Shown one piece after another: positions 23,502-36,526 of a stretch of DNA of 64,000 nucleotides. The DNA comes from Lytechinus pictus (lineage: Eukaryota): positions 40,054,001 through 40,118,000 of the forward strand of contig NC_087245.1 of NCBI RefSeq assembly GCF_037042905.1, given 5' to 3'. The first letter of the stretch is position 1; every line of letters begins with the position of its first letter. Both the position numbers and the translations under genes were made by a program. The notes under the pieces were generated by a model. The model searched no databases. It worked only from the letters and a program-made list of their open reading frames with translations, and was not told the DNA's origin.

Positions 23502-25819
23502 TCAAGATCTATAAATCAAACAATACTATCAGAGACGACACTAATATAATCACAGGAGAGTTCAATTCATATTTTTCAAATGTTGGCAACAACTTGGCTA
23601 AAAATATACCTCGAACTAACAAATCCTTTTCCGATTTCCTTGATGACCCTAACCCCAATTCCATGTTTTTTAATCCTACTAATTCGATGGAAATCATTAA
23701 TATTGTTAGCAATTTACAAAATAAGAAAAGCCCGGGGTATGACGGTATACCCAACTTTCTTCTAAAAAAAATCATTACAGCCATCGTTGATCCATTGGTA
23801 CATATCTTTAATATCTCTCTTAGCTCTGGACGGGTCCCTAATAAAATGAAAATCTCCAAAGTCATCCCACTGTTAAAAAAAGGTGATAGCCAACTCGTTT
23901 CCAACTATCGTCCAATATCCTTACTAACTTCACTATCTAAAATTCTAGAAAAACTTGTCCATATTAGAACAAGTGATTTTTTCAAATTACACAACATATT
24001 TTCAAACTTCCAATTTGGATTCCGTAAAAACCATAGTACTTCCCATGCAATTCTGTCATTTATTAATAAAGTCACCACTTCCATCGATAATAGTTGTCAT
24101 ATACTGTCGGTATTTTCCTGGACTTCTCCAAGGCCTTCGACACTATAAATCATGAAATTCTCCTTCATAAACTGTGTCATTATGGAGTTAGAGGGAAGGC
24201 CTTGGAGTGGTTCAGGAGTTACCTCACTGATAGGACCCAATTTGTATCAGTAAATAATAGCAATTCGACTACTCTTCCAATTACTTGCGGTGTCCCACAG
24301 GGTAGCCTACTAGGCCCACTTCTTTTTATTACTTACATCAATGATATTAAAAATACATCAAATTTACTTTCATTTATACTTTTTGCTGACGACTCCAATA
24401 TTTTCTTTTCCCATGATGATATTAACCAACTCGTTAGAATCGTAAATTTTGAACTAACAAATGTTACAGATTGGATCAAGGCCAACAAACTTTCGCTTAA
24501 TCACCAGAAGACAAACTACATGCTTTTCAGTAATAAAATCAATACTCTACCTGACAGTATTTTCTTTGATAATTTCGTTCTTAATAATGTTTCCACTACC
24601 AGATTCTTGGGTGTCCTTATTGACGACAAATTATCCTGGAAGCCTCATATCGATAGTATATGTAAAACAATTTCTAGAAACATTGGAATTATTAATAAAC
24701 TCACACATTTTCTCCCTTCCCGCACTTTGTTAACATTATATTACACCCTTATTCTACCATATATTAATTATGGAATTATTGCCCGGGGATGTGCAATACA
24801 AACACAACTAAATAGAATATTACTTCTCCAGAAAAAAGCTCTAAGAATAATTTTTCAAACACACTTTAGATCACATACTGATATCTTATTTTTTGAAAAT
24901 AACATTCTTAAAGTAAGTGACATATATCTTTTCGAACTTAGTCAATTTATGTTCAAATTAAGCAAGGACGACCTTCCCGCCATTTTCTCTAATATGTTCC
25001 GTAAAAATACAACCGTACACTGCTACCCAACAAGGCAACGACAATATTATCATCTCCCTTTAACAAGAACTTTATTTGCAAAGAATTAATTTGTCTTCTC
25101 TGGGCCTGCCTACTGGAACTCTCTGCCTCAAGATTTCAAAGAATCCCCCAATGTAAATATTTTTAAACGCAAACTGAAAAAAATGTTAATTCTGCAATAC
25201 TCGTCGCAAACAGGTCAAGCTGAATAACTAATTTAATTATACTCGACTTTTGTGTATATGCGTATTATATGCGCTCATATTATATACATAGTCATGTATA
25301 TTATTCGTTTAATTATTTTCTTCTTAAAATTGCAATTAGCCAAAGTACCTGCTCCTGCTGCCCGCCTTCTTCTTTCTTTCTACTTAGTGTACTGCACTCC
25401 TCTGTCCCTCCTGTCTCCCCCTCACCCCCCCTCTCTTATAATATTGTAAAACGTAATTTTTTCTCACACGATCCATCAGTTACGTTTTTGTCAAGTGCAC
25501 AAAAATTGTTTGTATTTATTTTTAAACAAAATTATTATTAAGACCCAATATTTATTTGTTGTAATTTTGTAATGTAACTAAGATAGGGGCTTGTCTCTTG
25601 TACAAGCTTTGCTTTTTTTCGGCAAGTCCCTCCGTTTTACTTTTAAAGTACAAATGTCATTTGAGATATCTTTATTTACTGAATTGTTTTCCTTAAATCT
25701 ATGATTATGTTATATATATTATATTTTGTCTTGTAGTATTTTCGACCTTGTTATGTTATGTTTATCATAATATGTACAATTGTGAAACGGAAATAAATAA
25801 ATCAAATCAAATCAAATCA
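23502..25819 (+). mobile_element. 5'-truncated LINE (CR1/L2-group) reverse transcriptase, inactivated
   Basis: [39 protein letters not shown] and LFADD motifs; frameshift at ~24100, in-frame stop at 25087, ORF end 25227; 3' UTR stem-loop and (AAATC)n tail. Confidence 0.92.
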
Positions 25820-26781
25820 TATAAATTTAGTGGTTATATTAAAAAAAATACGTTCAGTAATAACAAGTTAGGCCTATGATCTCATCTGAACGAAAAAACG
25901 AAATCATGCAGAACTTGAGAGAGACGGATGTCATGAAATATAGGAAATATTTTTATTGAAATTCTGCTTGAATAGAGACATATTATACCTCCGGCTCCGT
26001 ATTTACTTTGGTTTCATTTTTTTGCAATATCTATCTACAACATTGATCTATACAACTTGATCTCTCACTGTCATCGTTTTTCGTAATTCTGTTATGTCTC
26101 CCTCTAGTGCTGATAATCAGAAGATGTTTTACATTGGTTTCATCCACTGATCAGTGGTTTCATCGAGTAGAGCATCAGCTCTCTGGATGATAGATTGTGA
26201 GTCGCAAAACACGGCGATCGGCCATATTGGTTTGTCAGGTCTGGACCATGCACTGCACCAGAAATAGCGAGTTAAGTGGTCCGGATCCCTCTTTATTGAA
26301 ACTTTCATTGAAATGCGATTGATCAATCAGTCCCAGCTATGGAAAGTCAGTATGTTCGTATTTAGAGGTCATGCTTTACAATTGATGACACTGAATGTTT
26401 GCTCCATCAGCCTGCATGTGCATCCGGCCTTTTTTGGAGAAAAAAAGGGAGCCGAGGGCCAAGGGGCGAACACAATATATGGCCCGTATTCTGCATCCAT
26501 GTTCACTGTTCCAGTTCGAGTGCCAAACAACTTTTATTTGAAATAAAAGTTGTTTGTCACTCGAGTCATTCACAAACTGTCTATAACTATCATAGATTTC
26601 TTCATCATTAAAGCAGGAGGAAGAAAAACGCTAAACATAAAAAGCATATACAATATCAACAAAATTTGGGGCTCTTCTCATCATATTTCTTCACAGACTT
26701 AGACCGTCCATGCATGGTTTGAGTTAAGCTGGATTTCCGGGCCATTGACTTGAGGCAAATGTTAGCTTTCTATATTGTTTA

Positions 26782-27304
26782 AGGTCAAGTACACCCCCCC
26801 CCAAAAAAAAAAGAGAAAAATCAAATAGCATATACGATGAAAAACTTGATCAAAATTGCAATGTTTTGCGTTATTTGTCACAAATAAACTCAGTGACATG
26901 CAAATGAGAGAGTCGATGATGTACTTCTATGTTTTATATTGTTTGTATTTATTTGTTTTTATTTCAATTTTCACAGATTTGAAAATAAGGACCGACTTCA
27001 GACTGACCCATCAAATTTTCAAAAGGTATAATGCCACAATGTTCAGGAAATATAAATCTGTTTCACATGACACTAAGAATAAGATTGAAATGAATATTTT
27101 TCATAAAAAAAATAGAATACACAAGAAATAGTGAGTGGGTGACGTCATCAGTCCCCTCATTTGAATACCGAACAGGATTATTGTTTCATGAATATAAGCG
27201 AAACTTAACCGGATTTTGATAATTTTCAGTGTTATACTTATTTTTTTTTCTTTTTCTTAAAAAAAAATCAAATCAACCTTAGTTGATGGGGGTGGACTTG
27301 TCCT
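26782..27304. mobile_element. Kolobok-like MITE family AGGWCAAGTCCACCCC (copy 1)
   Basis: Terminal AGGTCAAGTACACCCC...GGGGTGGACTTGTCCT; body shared with the other copies. Confidence 0.75.
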
Positions 27305-27356
27305 TTGACATTAATTGAATAAACGATCCCGTTGAGTTGAGTCTGTATAGACTCAT

Positions 27357-27903
27357 TGGCCCGTATTCTGAACTCGGGTTTAAATTAAACCTTGGCTTAA
27401 AGTTGTGTTTTAACTATGGAGAGCCAATTGGGGCACAAATCCCTATAACAGTAAGAAGTTACACATTCAATTTATTGTTATACCGAGGTTTTTACCTGAC
27501 TGCTAAGAAAGCACGAATGCCTGTGAGCAGCAACCAGGGGACCGACGGCTTAAAGTCCTCTCCGAGGGACCTGGTAATGAGGATTAAATGCCTTACCAAA
27601 GGGCACTAGCGCACCACTTGGGAATCGAACCCGGGTCACCGGAATCCGAAACCCCCGCTCTACCGACTGAGCTATATCGCGCCTCCCTAAATTAACTCAT
27701 CTGACAGCCAAATTGTCATAATTGTCTGGGAATGATAACTGAAGTATTTTTCTTCAATATAAAAGCCAAAGGAAACAAAATAGTAAACATAAGAATCATA
27801 CAATATAAACATATTTTTTTAATTGTTGGCTCCCTATAACTTATAGCACAGAGTTAGACCATGGTCTGCTCTAAGTTAAACCTGACCTCAGAATACGGTC
27901 CTG
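27357..27903. mobile_element. Harbinger-like MITE with a nested SINE
   Basis: GGCCCGTATTCTGA...TCAGAATACGGTCC TIR. Confidence 0.7.
27490..27686 (-). mobile_element. tRNA-derived SINE
   Basis: A box TAGCTCAGTCGG and B box GGTTCGATTCC, followed by the GTGCCCTTTGGTAAGGCATTT SINE core. Confidence 0.8.
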
Positions 27904-27914
27904 AGTCTAAACCA

Positions 27915-27952
<38 letters not shown>

Positions 27953-27996
27953 AAAGTTATACATGTACAACAGCATTGGCAACTCTTTTTATTTAA

Positions 27997-28325
27997 ATAT
28001 TGTAAAGAAATGGATGAAGAGAACAATGGCGGCTTGTCATTGTTCAAAACCCACCTTCACCCGACAAAGGAAATTATAATTGGTGTAGTATCGAAAATCT
28101 GTCTATCTGACGGTCAATCGGATCGGGGTCGCCCTAGCCACTTACCCGTCTCTGTGGTCTAGTGGTTAAGGCACCGGCGTTCAAAGCTGGGGGCCTGGGT
28201 TCGATTCCCGGCAGAGACATTTTTTCGGCATCACCAATTTTTCCAAAGGGTAGATAGCTCTGGGGAACCTTGATTTAAGCTATACGCCTATACCATTGTT
28301 CTCTTCATCCATTTCTTTACAATAT
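27997..28325. mobile_element. TIR mini-element carrying a tRNA-like gene
   Basis: Perfect 33-bp inverted repeat ATATTGTAAAGAAATGGATGAAGAGAACAATGG at 27997-28029 and 28293-28325; (TA)n tracts nearby. Confidence 0.8.
28148..28219 (+). tRNA. tRNA-like cloverleaf, apparent anticodon TCA (opal), Glu-like body
   Basis: Acceptor GTCTCTG/CAGAGAC, D-stem GTCT/AGGC, anticodon stem CCGGC/GCTGG with loop GTTCAAA, T-arm CTGGG-TTCGATT-CCCGG, T6 terminator at 28220-28225. Confidence 0.6.
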
Positions 28326-28755
28326 ATATATATATATATATATATATAGTTGAACCTCCTCAATCTCGAAGACTAACAATATGGGAACAAAATTGCCTAT
28401 ATACCCTTTCTTCCTTATATCACGCTTTATTTATGGGCCCAACGGTTTGGTGTGCCTTGATCAATATTGTGTCTGTTGCTGGTTGGTATAATTTTTTTTT
28501 ATATAGGCCGTGTTTTTTATCATTCAGTATTAGCCTGGAGTGACCCGAAAATCACCAAGGGACTTGGAAATTGACAATGAATGCAGCACTGTAATCTTAC
28601 GATGGATTATCATTACTCTCATTTTTAATATGCATGTCAGAAGCAAATAAGATCAAAGAATTGGCAAAATATTTAATCCACATACGGCGGGATATTACTT
28701 GCAAATTCAATCCATAATATAGCTGGCCTCATGGCAGTTCAAATATTATTGGCCT

Positions 28756-28970
28756 ACACTCAAAATTCCAAGGATTTAAAATAAATCCAAAATCGGCTGT
28801 GGATAGTGACCATTCGAGTGTTGGATATTTTCAAATCTTTAAGATTAACTTTCAAATCTCAAAAGATTTAAATTCAAATCTATTAGGTTTATATTAATCT
28901 ATACAAGGTTTAAAACTAAATCTAATATTCGGCTGGTCACTATTCACATCCGATCTGGATTTAGGGTGTA
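28756..28970. mobile_element. Palindromic MITE-like element
   Basis: AAATCC..ATCGGCTGTGGATAGTGACCA / TGGTCACTATTCACATCCGAT..GGATTT inverted pair. Confidence 0.55.
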
Positions 28971-29102
28971 TATTAGCCTACCTAACTCTACATGCATAAG
29001 TAAGATAATACTACATGGTTATAAAATGAAATAAAAACCAATTATAAACATTTTTTCACTTGATTTTTTACTGAATTTCGTGACTTATGGCCTTGGGTGA
29101 AG

Positions 29103-29200
29103 CAAGATGGCGGCGACGTACTCTCTCTATCTCGGAGAAACAATCTCCAGTCTGTGTATACAAAGTCGGTCATTAACTCATAGTGACGTCACTTGGGCGG
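29103..29200 (+). promoter_or_regulatory. Putative scribble proximal promoter motifs
   Basis: YY1-type CAAGATGGCGGC (29103-29114) and perfect CRE palindrome TGACGTCA (29184-29191) in a CpG-retaining stretch 200-280 bp upstream of the ATG. Confidence 0.45.
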
Positions 29201-29377
29201 ACATCTTTGCTTTGCAAAGGCGATTTTGGGCTGTCGCATATTCGGGAAAACTACGGAATTTAAGCAAAAGCCAAAGTTTCATTTCTCTTTGCAGTGGTGG
29301 ATTTTTCTCACTTTTGGACATTATCCACATGCTGACTTCGTCCTCGGATTATACGTCTGGACGAAGGAGGATTTTAG

Positions 29378-29617
<240 letters not shown>

Positions 29618-30808
29618 TGAATGTTTGATAATCAAATGTTATGTTTCAGTTCAGTCATTTCTAGACAGCTGACAGCTGTCTGTTTCGAGGAGTTTTTTAA
29701 CATTTTTAATTTTTTTTAATTTCTCCTCGTACGGTAGTCGTACACAGAATGACAGATGACTCCCTATCGTGCAGCCACCATTGGCATTAGGGGGTTAACA
29801 ATGCAAAATCCCCCTGACGGGGCTCATCGATTTTTGTCTTTATTTCATAAAAATATATAAAAAGAACCACCAAAATCTGAAATTAAAGAATATTATTCCG
29901 TTTTGGCCTGAAATGCACCAAAACGGGGAAAATAAACTTAAAAGGGGAAAAAACAGTGACTAACTTCGGCTGTCGCGCAACTTCACTTCCCTGTTTTATC
30001 CGAACTTAATACATAAACATATGGCCATGGACTCTGGAGTCCCCTGTACAGATCGAGCTAGAATTTCGGTCTCTGACTCCGTATTTAGTGAGTGGAGCCA
30101 ACGGAGTTTAGCGGAACAACCAACATAACAGAGACCAAAGCTTTTCTTCTAAGTCATTCCAGTTGATTTTATTTCTAACACTAACTGTTCTAACAAGTAA
30201 CAGTAACATAAAAAAAAAATGTTATTGTTAGTGTTCTAGGCTACCTCAAGCGATGTTCGTGCAGGCTCCACTTCACTACCGCTACACTATGCTCCACCTA
30301 CCCGAACATCGAGCCCCAAAACTCGCTCTGATACTCAGAGTGACAAAGGTGGAATATTATGGTGGGAAAATATAAAATTCATGCAACATCATGATCTTTA
30401 AAAACAATTAAAACTAATATTCTTACTGAACACAAACTTTCACTTCTTGTTCCATGCTTCTATCAGTTTCAAAATTGGTGATTTAGAGCCAACATGGAGT
30501 TCCTCACACGTCTAAATAATTCGCTGCCGATTTCAAAACATCGCATGCGCGAGGGTCTGAGCTCAGACAAAAGTCAAAACGTCAAAAGGCTCACTTGCCA
30601 CTTGGGCAATGGCATTGCCAGGGCCAGCCCAGGCTCCAGGCATCTCACTGCCATAATCCATTCAATTTTTTTTTCTGTTCTTAATTCTGTTTTGAAATTT
30701 TGAACCCTCTCACTCTAGTACAATTCTTAGACTTAGTCCTTCAAAGAATCAAAGACAGAAGACTTTGTATGCAATTGCAGCATTGTACATTGTAGTTGAG
30801 ACTTAAGG

Positions 30809-31082
30809 CAGGGGCGGATCCAGGAATTTTCGAAAGGGGGCACATTTTCCTGAGGAAAAATTTGACAAGGAAAAAAAAGGAAAAAAAGGGTTTTAACCAA
30901 AAATTATAAAGGGGATCTTGTCCACAAAAAATTTGACAAGCAAAAAAAAAAAGTCTTCACTTTCAAAAGGGGGGCACACTTCTGTTTTAATGGCACTTTT
31001 ACATTACCAATTTTAATTGTGCATTTCAAAGGGGGGGGGGGGGGGGTACGGGCTGACTGTGCCCCCCCTTGATCCGCCAGTG
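30809..31082. mobile_element. hAT-like MITE (GGCGGATCCA family)
   Basis: Homologous to 8223-8513; degenerate 8-bp TSD ACTTAAGG/TCTTCAGG. Confidence 0.8.
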
Positions 31083-31585
31083 TCTTCAGGCTACATTAGT
31101 TTCACAGACAACATAGTTGATAATCAATGTTTCAACAGTACATCGCAGACAAGGTCAAGTCAAATTTATTCAACTTTGCCATAAATATATAACACTTTGA
31201 TCATTGGGGACATCAACATCAAGACAAGATAAGATTGACAGCAGAATGCACTAAAATATTACAAAATCACTCAAAAGAGAGCAGAATTATGAGGCAAATG
31301 GACGCTATAGATAAGTTTGATTTTTTTTCTTCGTTCAACACAGAATTTCCAGTTGAATTGAGCTTGTTTTCTAAAATTTACTTATTAAACTTTGTGGAGG
31401 AAGATAGAACTTGGGTGAAAGCTAGACCTGGAAATTTGACTGCAGATCTCTGCATTTTCCAGTACACTGTACATGTGGTAATACAATGTACGGTACATGT
31501 AGGTAATTGAATCATGTGTTATGGTTAATCCAGTAACTCTGACAATGCTGCAGAAGTAAATGTATATGTATTAAAGTGCTCCTTT

Positions 31586-31990
31586 AAGGTTAAGTTGACC
31601 TCAGAAAAATGTTGATTTGAATAAACAGAGAAAAATCAGACCAGCAAAATCATCAAAAAATCAGATCTGTAAGATTAGAAAGTTATGACATTTTAAAGTT
31701 TCCATTATTTTTCACAAAATAGTTTAGTCACATACAAATGAGAGAAGCGCTGATGTCCCTCACTCAGTATTTCTTTTGTTTTTTATAGTTTGAATTATAC
31801 ATTGTTTCAATTTTCACAGTTTTGACAATAACAACCAACTTGTCTGAACCATAAAATGTTGAACAATGGTAATTCCACATGTTCAGGGAGAAATAAAAAT
31901 TTGTTTCACAGGGCTATGAGGAGAAAATGAGAATATTCCTAATTTCATGTAATAAAATACAAAAGAAATACATGTAGTGAGTGAGTGATG
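31586..31990. mobile_element. Kolobok-like MITE family (partial copy)
   Basis: Shares the AAAATGTTGATTTGAATAAA...CACTCA.TATTTCTTTTG body with 40564-41167. Confidence 0.7.
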
Positions 31991-34282
31991 TTGACAGGTC
32001 ACCTGTTGTTGTTTACAATCACTATGCGCCTTGTGATTGCAATCATATTTAAGGAAAAAAATATTTTAGAAATTAACATAGACCTACATGTATATGTAGG
32101 CTATAATATAAAACTAAAAAGGTAAGTTATTTAATGTTTTTTTTTACAGGATATGTTTCAATCAGGGCTGGGTATTTTCTTTTATTGTAACCCCCCCCCC
32201 CTGTAATTTGAAAAACACATGTACTGTACATATAGTTTTTGTTCTCTGCAGTGTTGATAAATGCCTTACAGACTGATGTAAAAGAAATCATATGAAAGTA
32301 GGTGTAAACATGATTAAAAACCATTGTTAAGCCTCAAGTACAGTATTATCACTTCTTAAACTTCTGACATGCTCTTCTATCATCAATATAATAAGTTCAC
32401 CTTATTATTTATATAGTCAAATAGGGCAAAAAGGCAAGCTTTTGAAAGAGATTGGTATCATGTAAATTGTACAGTAACGTCTGTCATTATACTCATGAAC
32501 AAATCATTTGTAATTCTGTATTGGAAGTGTCAGATAAGCAAGAGTATTATTCCAAGTTTTATAGTGCATGCAAGATGCAGTATGATTGATTAAAAAAGGG
32601 TATGAAGTGTATACATGTACATGTCTGAATAAGCAAAGCAAGCAGACTAGAGTCAAATCGACTTGCCCTTTGATGGATGCGTAATTGAATTAGCATCAAG
32701 TTCCTGTTGGGTATCATAAGAACTAGGAGAGGACATAGCTACATGTACATACGTGTATGTTGGATCTTGTCTGTCTCAAAGTAACATGAATTTCAATGAC
32801 TGTCCTACACATTCATGAATGTGTACTGTACTGCAGTGTGTAAAGGATTGGCCTTGTGCACATTTCCTGTGGGGGACTCCGGTTTATTGATTGATTTACA
32901 TTTATGTATGTGTAAATACAGAGGCCCAAACTACTGTTCTGTTGATGTTCCATCTGCTTTTGAATACACACTACAGTACCTTTGAATTGCTCTACATTCA
33001 TAAATGTACATTTCATCCTCATTCTATTATGTATCTTGAAAACCTGAGGTTTCAGTACATATGTAGATTTATGTATATGACCAAATCTACATTCTAAGCA
33101 CTTTAGCCTGAATTTTTAAGTATTTAGTTCCTACATGTGCATCATGGAGGTACATGTAAAATGAGGGATGTTTACTAGTTTACTAACAGGCCCATGAGCT
33201 GATATGGTTTGGGAAACATGATAACTTGGTTGAAGACAGTACAGTCTATGTATTATGTACATGTACTTATACAGTGTACATCTGTTTCACTTTCACCAAA
33301 GAGGCCTCGTGCACACTGCATAACTATATATTTTTTTTATTCCATTGAAATGTTCATTGCTTTGCTTGTTAAATTGTACTCTTTGTTCAAATCAAACCAC
33401 ATTAATTTCTCATTTTCTGGCTTGAATACCCATTTAGTTGTATTAAAGTCAGGCATTCATTCAAGTGAGAATTTCAACAAGGCAATCCAGAACCTAGTCT
33501 GCAGGCACAGACCCTGATTGAAACTTTAAACAAACAAGTGTGTCTCCATGCAAAGACTAGCACATACAAAACTTCCTGATTCAATCCTGAGCGAGGGGGC
33601 CTTGAGTACACAAGGCATGAGTAGGCTGCAATTCAGACCCTCAACTCGAGTGAAGGGTTTGCACAGCAGACTATCCAGAACCTGTCAAAAGTACATGAAT
33701 AATGAGATAATGGTGTGTGCTGATTTGTGTTTGAGTACAATTCGTACTGTGTTCCTTTTTTTTTTACACTGGGGACGAATTTGTCTTTCGCACACAACCA
33801 CCCAATTATCATGTTCAAATAGCCTTTGCCTTGTATGTAGAGCCCATTTGAACTTCTACTTGAGTTTGAATTTGAAGGGACTTCTAATTTTTTAAAAAGG
33901 CATTGTACATACAAGTACACAACCATGTACATTTTCTGCATACAAGTACAGTAATTCATATTCATAGATTCCAATATACAGTATGTTAAAAACAACTTTA
34001 AATAAGAAGCACTTTTATTAGCCCTATACAAAAAAAATCTTAACACCCCCAAAATGAGTTTTTCTCTGTGTGCAAAATAACCCCCTATTAAAAGTTTTTT
34101 TGCGGGCTTCATTTACACATTTTGGCCACTAAACAAAATGTCGCCAGAATATGACCCCTAAAAAAGTTTTGTTTACTTGCCAACAATAAGCTTTAAATAG
34201 ACAAAACTATATTTATGGATATTGCATGCCCCCCAGTGCAGTTAGGGTTAAAATACCACAAATTATTAACATTGTAAATATG

Positions 34283-34708
34283 AGGCCGTTCTCATTACGC
34301 TTTCTAAACTAGTTTACTTGAAGCTGATTCAGGAAACCAGTTTGGAAGATCGCTTTGCTAGCGTTCCCACTTTATCACACAAAAGTGGTTTTCAAAATCA
34401 CTTCATGTTAAGCGATCTTGTTGCTATGGAAATGCTCTCAGTAGGCATTCTACACAGTCTGTCTTGTGGAGGAGCGCGCTCAAACTGTGCGAAGATCACT
34501 TCCCGAAGAACAATCGTGTCATCACCTACACTAAAACCAATTTAACGAGGCAAAGCGATCTTGAAAACTACATCGCGAGGTTGTTTTTTGAACCGGTTTG
34601 GAAGATTGCTTCCAAGATTGTTTTGACCGTTCTCACTACACGTTAAACTAGTTTCCACTAAACTAGCTTCCAGTAAACTAGTTTTAGGAAGGTAGTGAGA
34701 ATGGTGTC
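34283..34708. mobile_element. MITE with AAACTAGTTT sub-repeats
   Basis: CGTTCTCATTAC..TAAACTAGTTTAC / GTAAACTAGTTTTA..GTAGTGAGAATG inverted ends. Confidence 0.65.
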
Positions 34709-36526
34709 TAAGTGTCATCCAAAATTCATCAGGTAATAATTTTAAAAGCCCTGGAAAAGCTTTGGAAAAAAACACACCCTAGATACGCTTGACCCAGCGA
34801 TCGACCATTGACCAGTCTTTCAAAACCACCCTTTTTTTTGAAAATCAGTGTTTTTGATACCCTTATTTACGAGTGCATGCGCGGCCAGCGTCCAAAACTG
34901 AAAACAAAAAACACCCTAGTGTAAAAAAAGTTTTTTGGTTTTTTTACACATACTGTACATGTGTACAGCTATATATTTGACTGCCCCCCTGGGTCTTTCA
35001 CATGCACAGAGACTATACATGTAATTAATGTAGTTTCATGCTGTCTCTAAAATGATCAGTGACAGCCTACAGTGTATGCAGAAAATGTAGCTGAAAAAAC
35101 CCCCAAAACTGAAGAGTTAGTTGGGATGCAAAAAAAAAAAGGATGAAGAGGGCAGGACTTGAGAGGAAGAAAATGCCTCTGTGTTCTGAGCGTGTGTTGA
35201 AAGATGAATGTTAATCTGAACAATAAGAAGTGGTGCCAAGGAGTCAGCTACAAACAATTCCAGATAAGAATTTCAATTTCTGTTCAAGTCTCCATTCATT
35301 CATGTACTTAATTACATGTACATGTATGTATCCATCATTATTGTAGCCTGAAGTTAGGTTTTAAGATGTAAAAGTCAGAGTTAATCTTAAATTTGATACA
35401 ATATACATGCAGGCCTGCATTTTATACGTCTGTATGTACATGTACAGTCATGTAGATCTATAGATTATTCTTCTTTGCAATAAATGGCTTGCTGATGGAT
35501 CTACATGAAGTCAGTGATGATCAATGCAAAATATAAGTACGTGTAAGTTTACATTTTATTGAATTGAGAAATACTATGTTAAAAAAACCCAGTTAATTAC
35601 ATGTATATATGAAGTGATCACTCAATACAAGTTATTACATTTTACATGTACATAAAGCTGTCTTGAGCAGGGACTTACTTGTGCACGTGTAGTTCAAGAC
35701 AGGAAAAAGCACTGTAGTCGTATTAAAAACATTATTTCATCAATCACACGCAGCTTCATCATCAGGAAATGACTCAGGAGGGATGGGACATCGCCTAGCG
35801 CTCTAGCCCTTACTAATTTTGCATGCTTTTTCCAAGTATTGCTACACGTACATGTACATGTATACATGTACACAACATGCGCACACATAGATGTAACTAC
35901 AAATGATTCTACAGCAATACATTTCACCTTCTCTTCATAATGGAAATAATGTGACAAGCAACTAGCAAGTAAACAATACGGATTCATTTTTCCTGTCATC
36001 TAAGATAGGACATTTTTGTTTTAATTACATGTACATGTGTGTATAGTATTTTGTTTGCTCCATTTCCATGCGGCCATGCAAAATTGTGATGCATTCATAA
36101 TGCAGAATCTCCTAAACAGATGGGCATTTGCTATTACAATCAACAATAATAATTAATATGCGAGTGTATTTTGGATCAGGGTGCCGTTTCTGTGGGTGGA
36201 TACACCGATGTACATGTACAGTACTATACTGTACATGTACATGTAGGCGTACATGTTTAGTACTGTTACTTGAGATGGTGATTTGATGTGACTCACACAC
36301 CACTCACTCTGTGTAGAAAAAGGATACTTGAGTGGGTTGAGAAAGGATACTTTTACACTCAGTAATAAATTGAAAGTACAGGTGTACTTCTACATGTACA
36401 ATCATGGATCCTATTAGAACATGGTACAATGTAGGAACAATGTACCCAATGTCTCTACATGTATATACAGTACAGTAGCCCTACCTGGATGTCCTATACA
36501 AGTTTATGCTACTTTGTCACACTCAA

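Noticed and set aside
26129..26760. Possible coding remnant on the minus strand
   Set aside because: No recognisable motif or consistent splice structure; cannot be supported without a search.
27606..27686. Functional tRNA gene
   Set aside because: The acceptor stem is not paired and the sequence continues into a SINE core.
28148..28219. Selenocysteine tRNA gene
   Set aside because: The anticodon is TCA, but it lacks the long variable arm and extended acceptor/D stems of tRNA-Sec.
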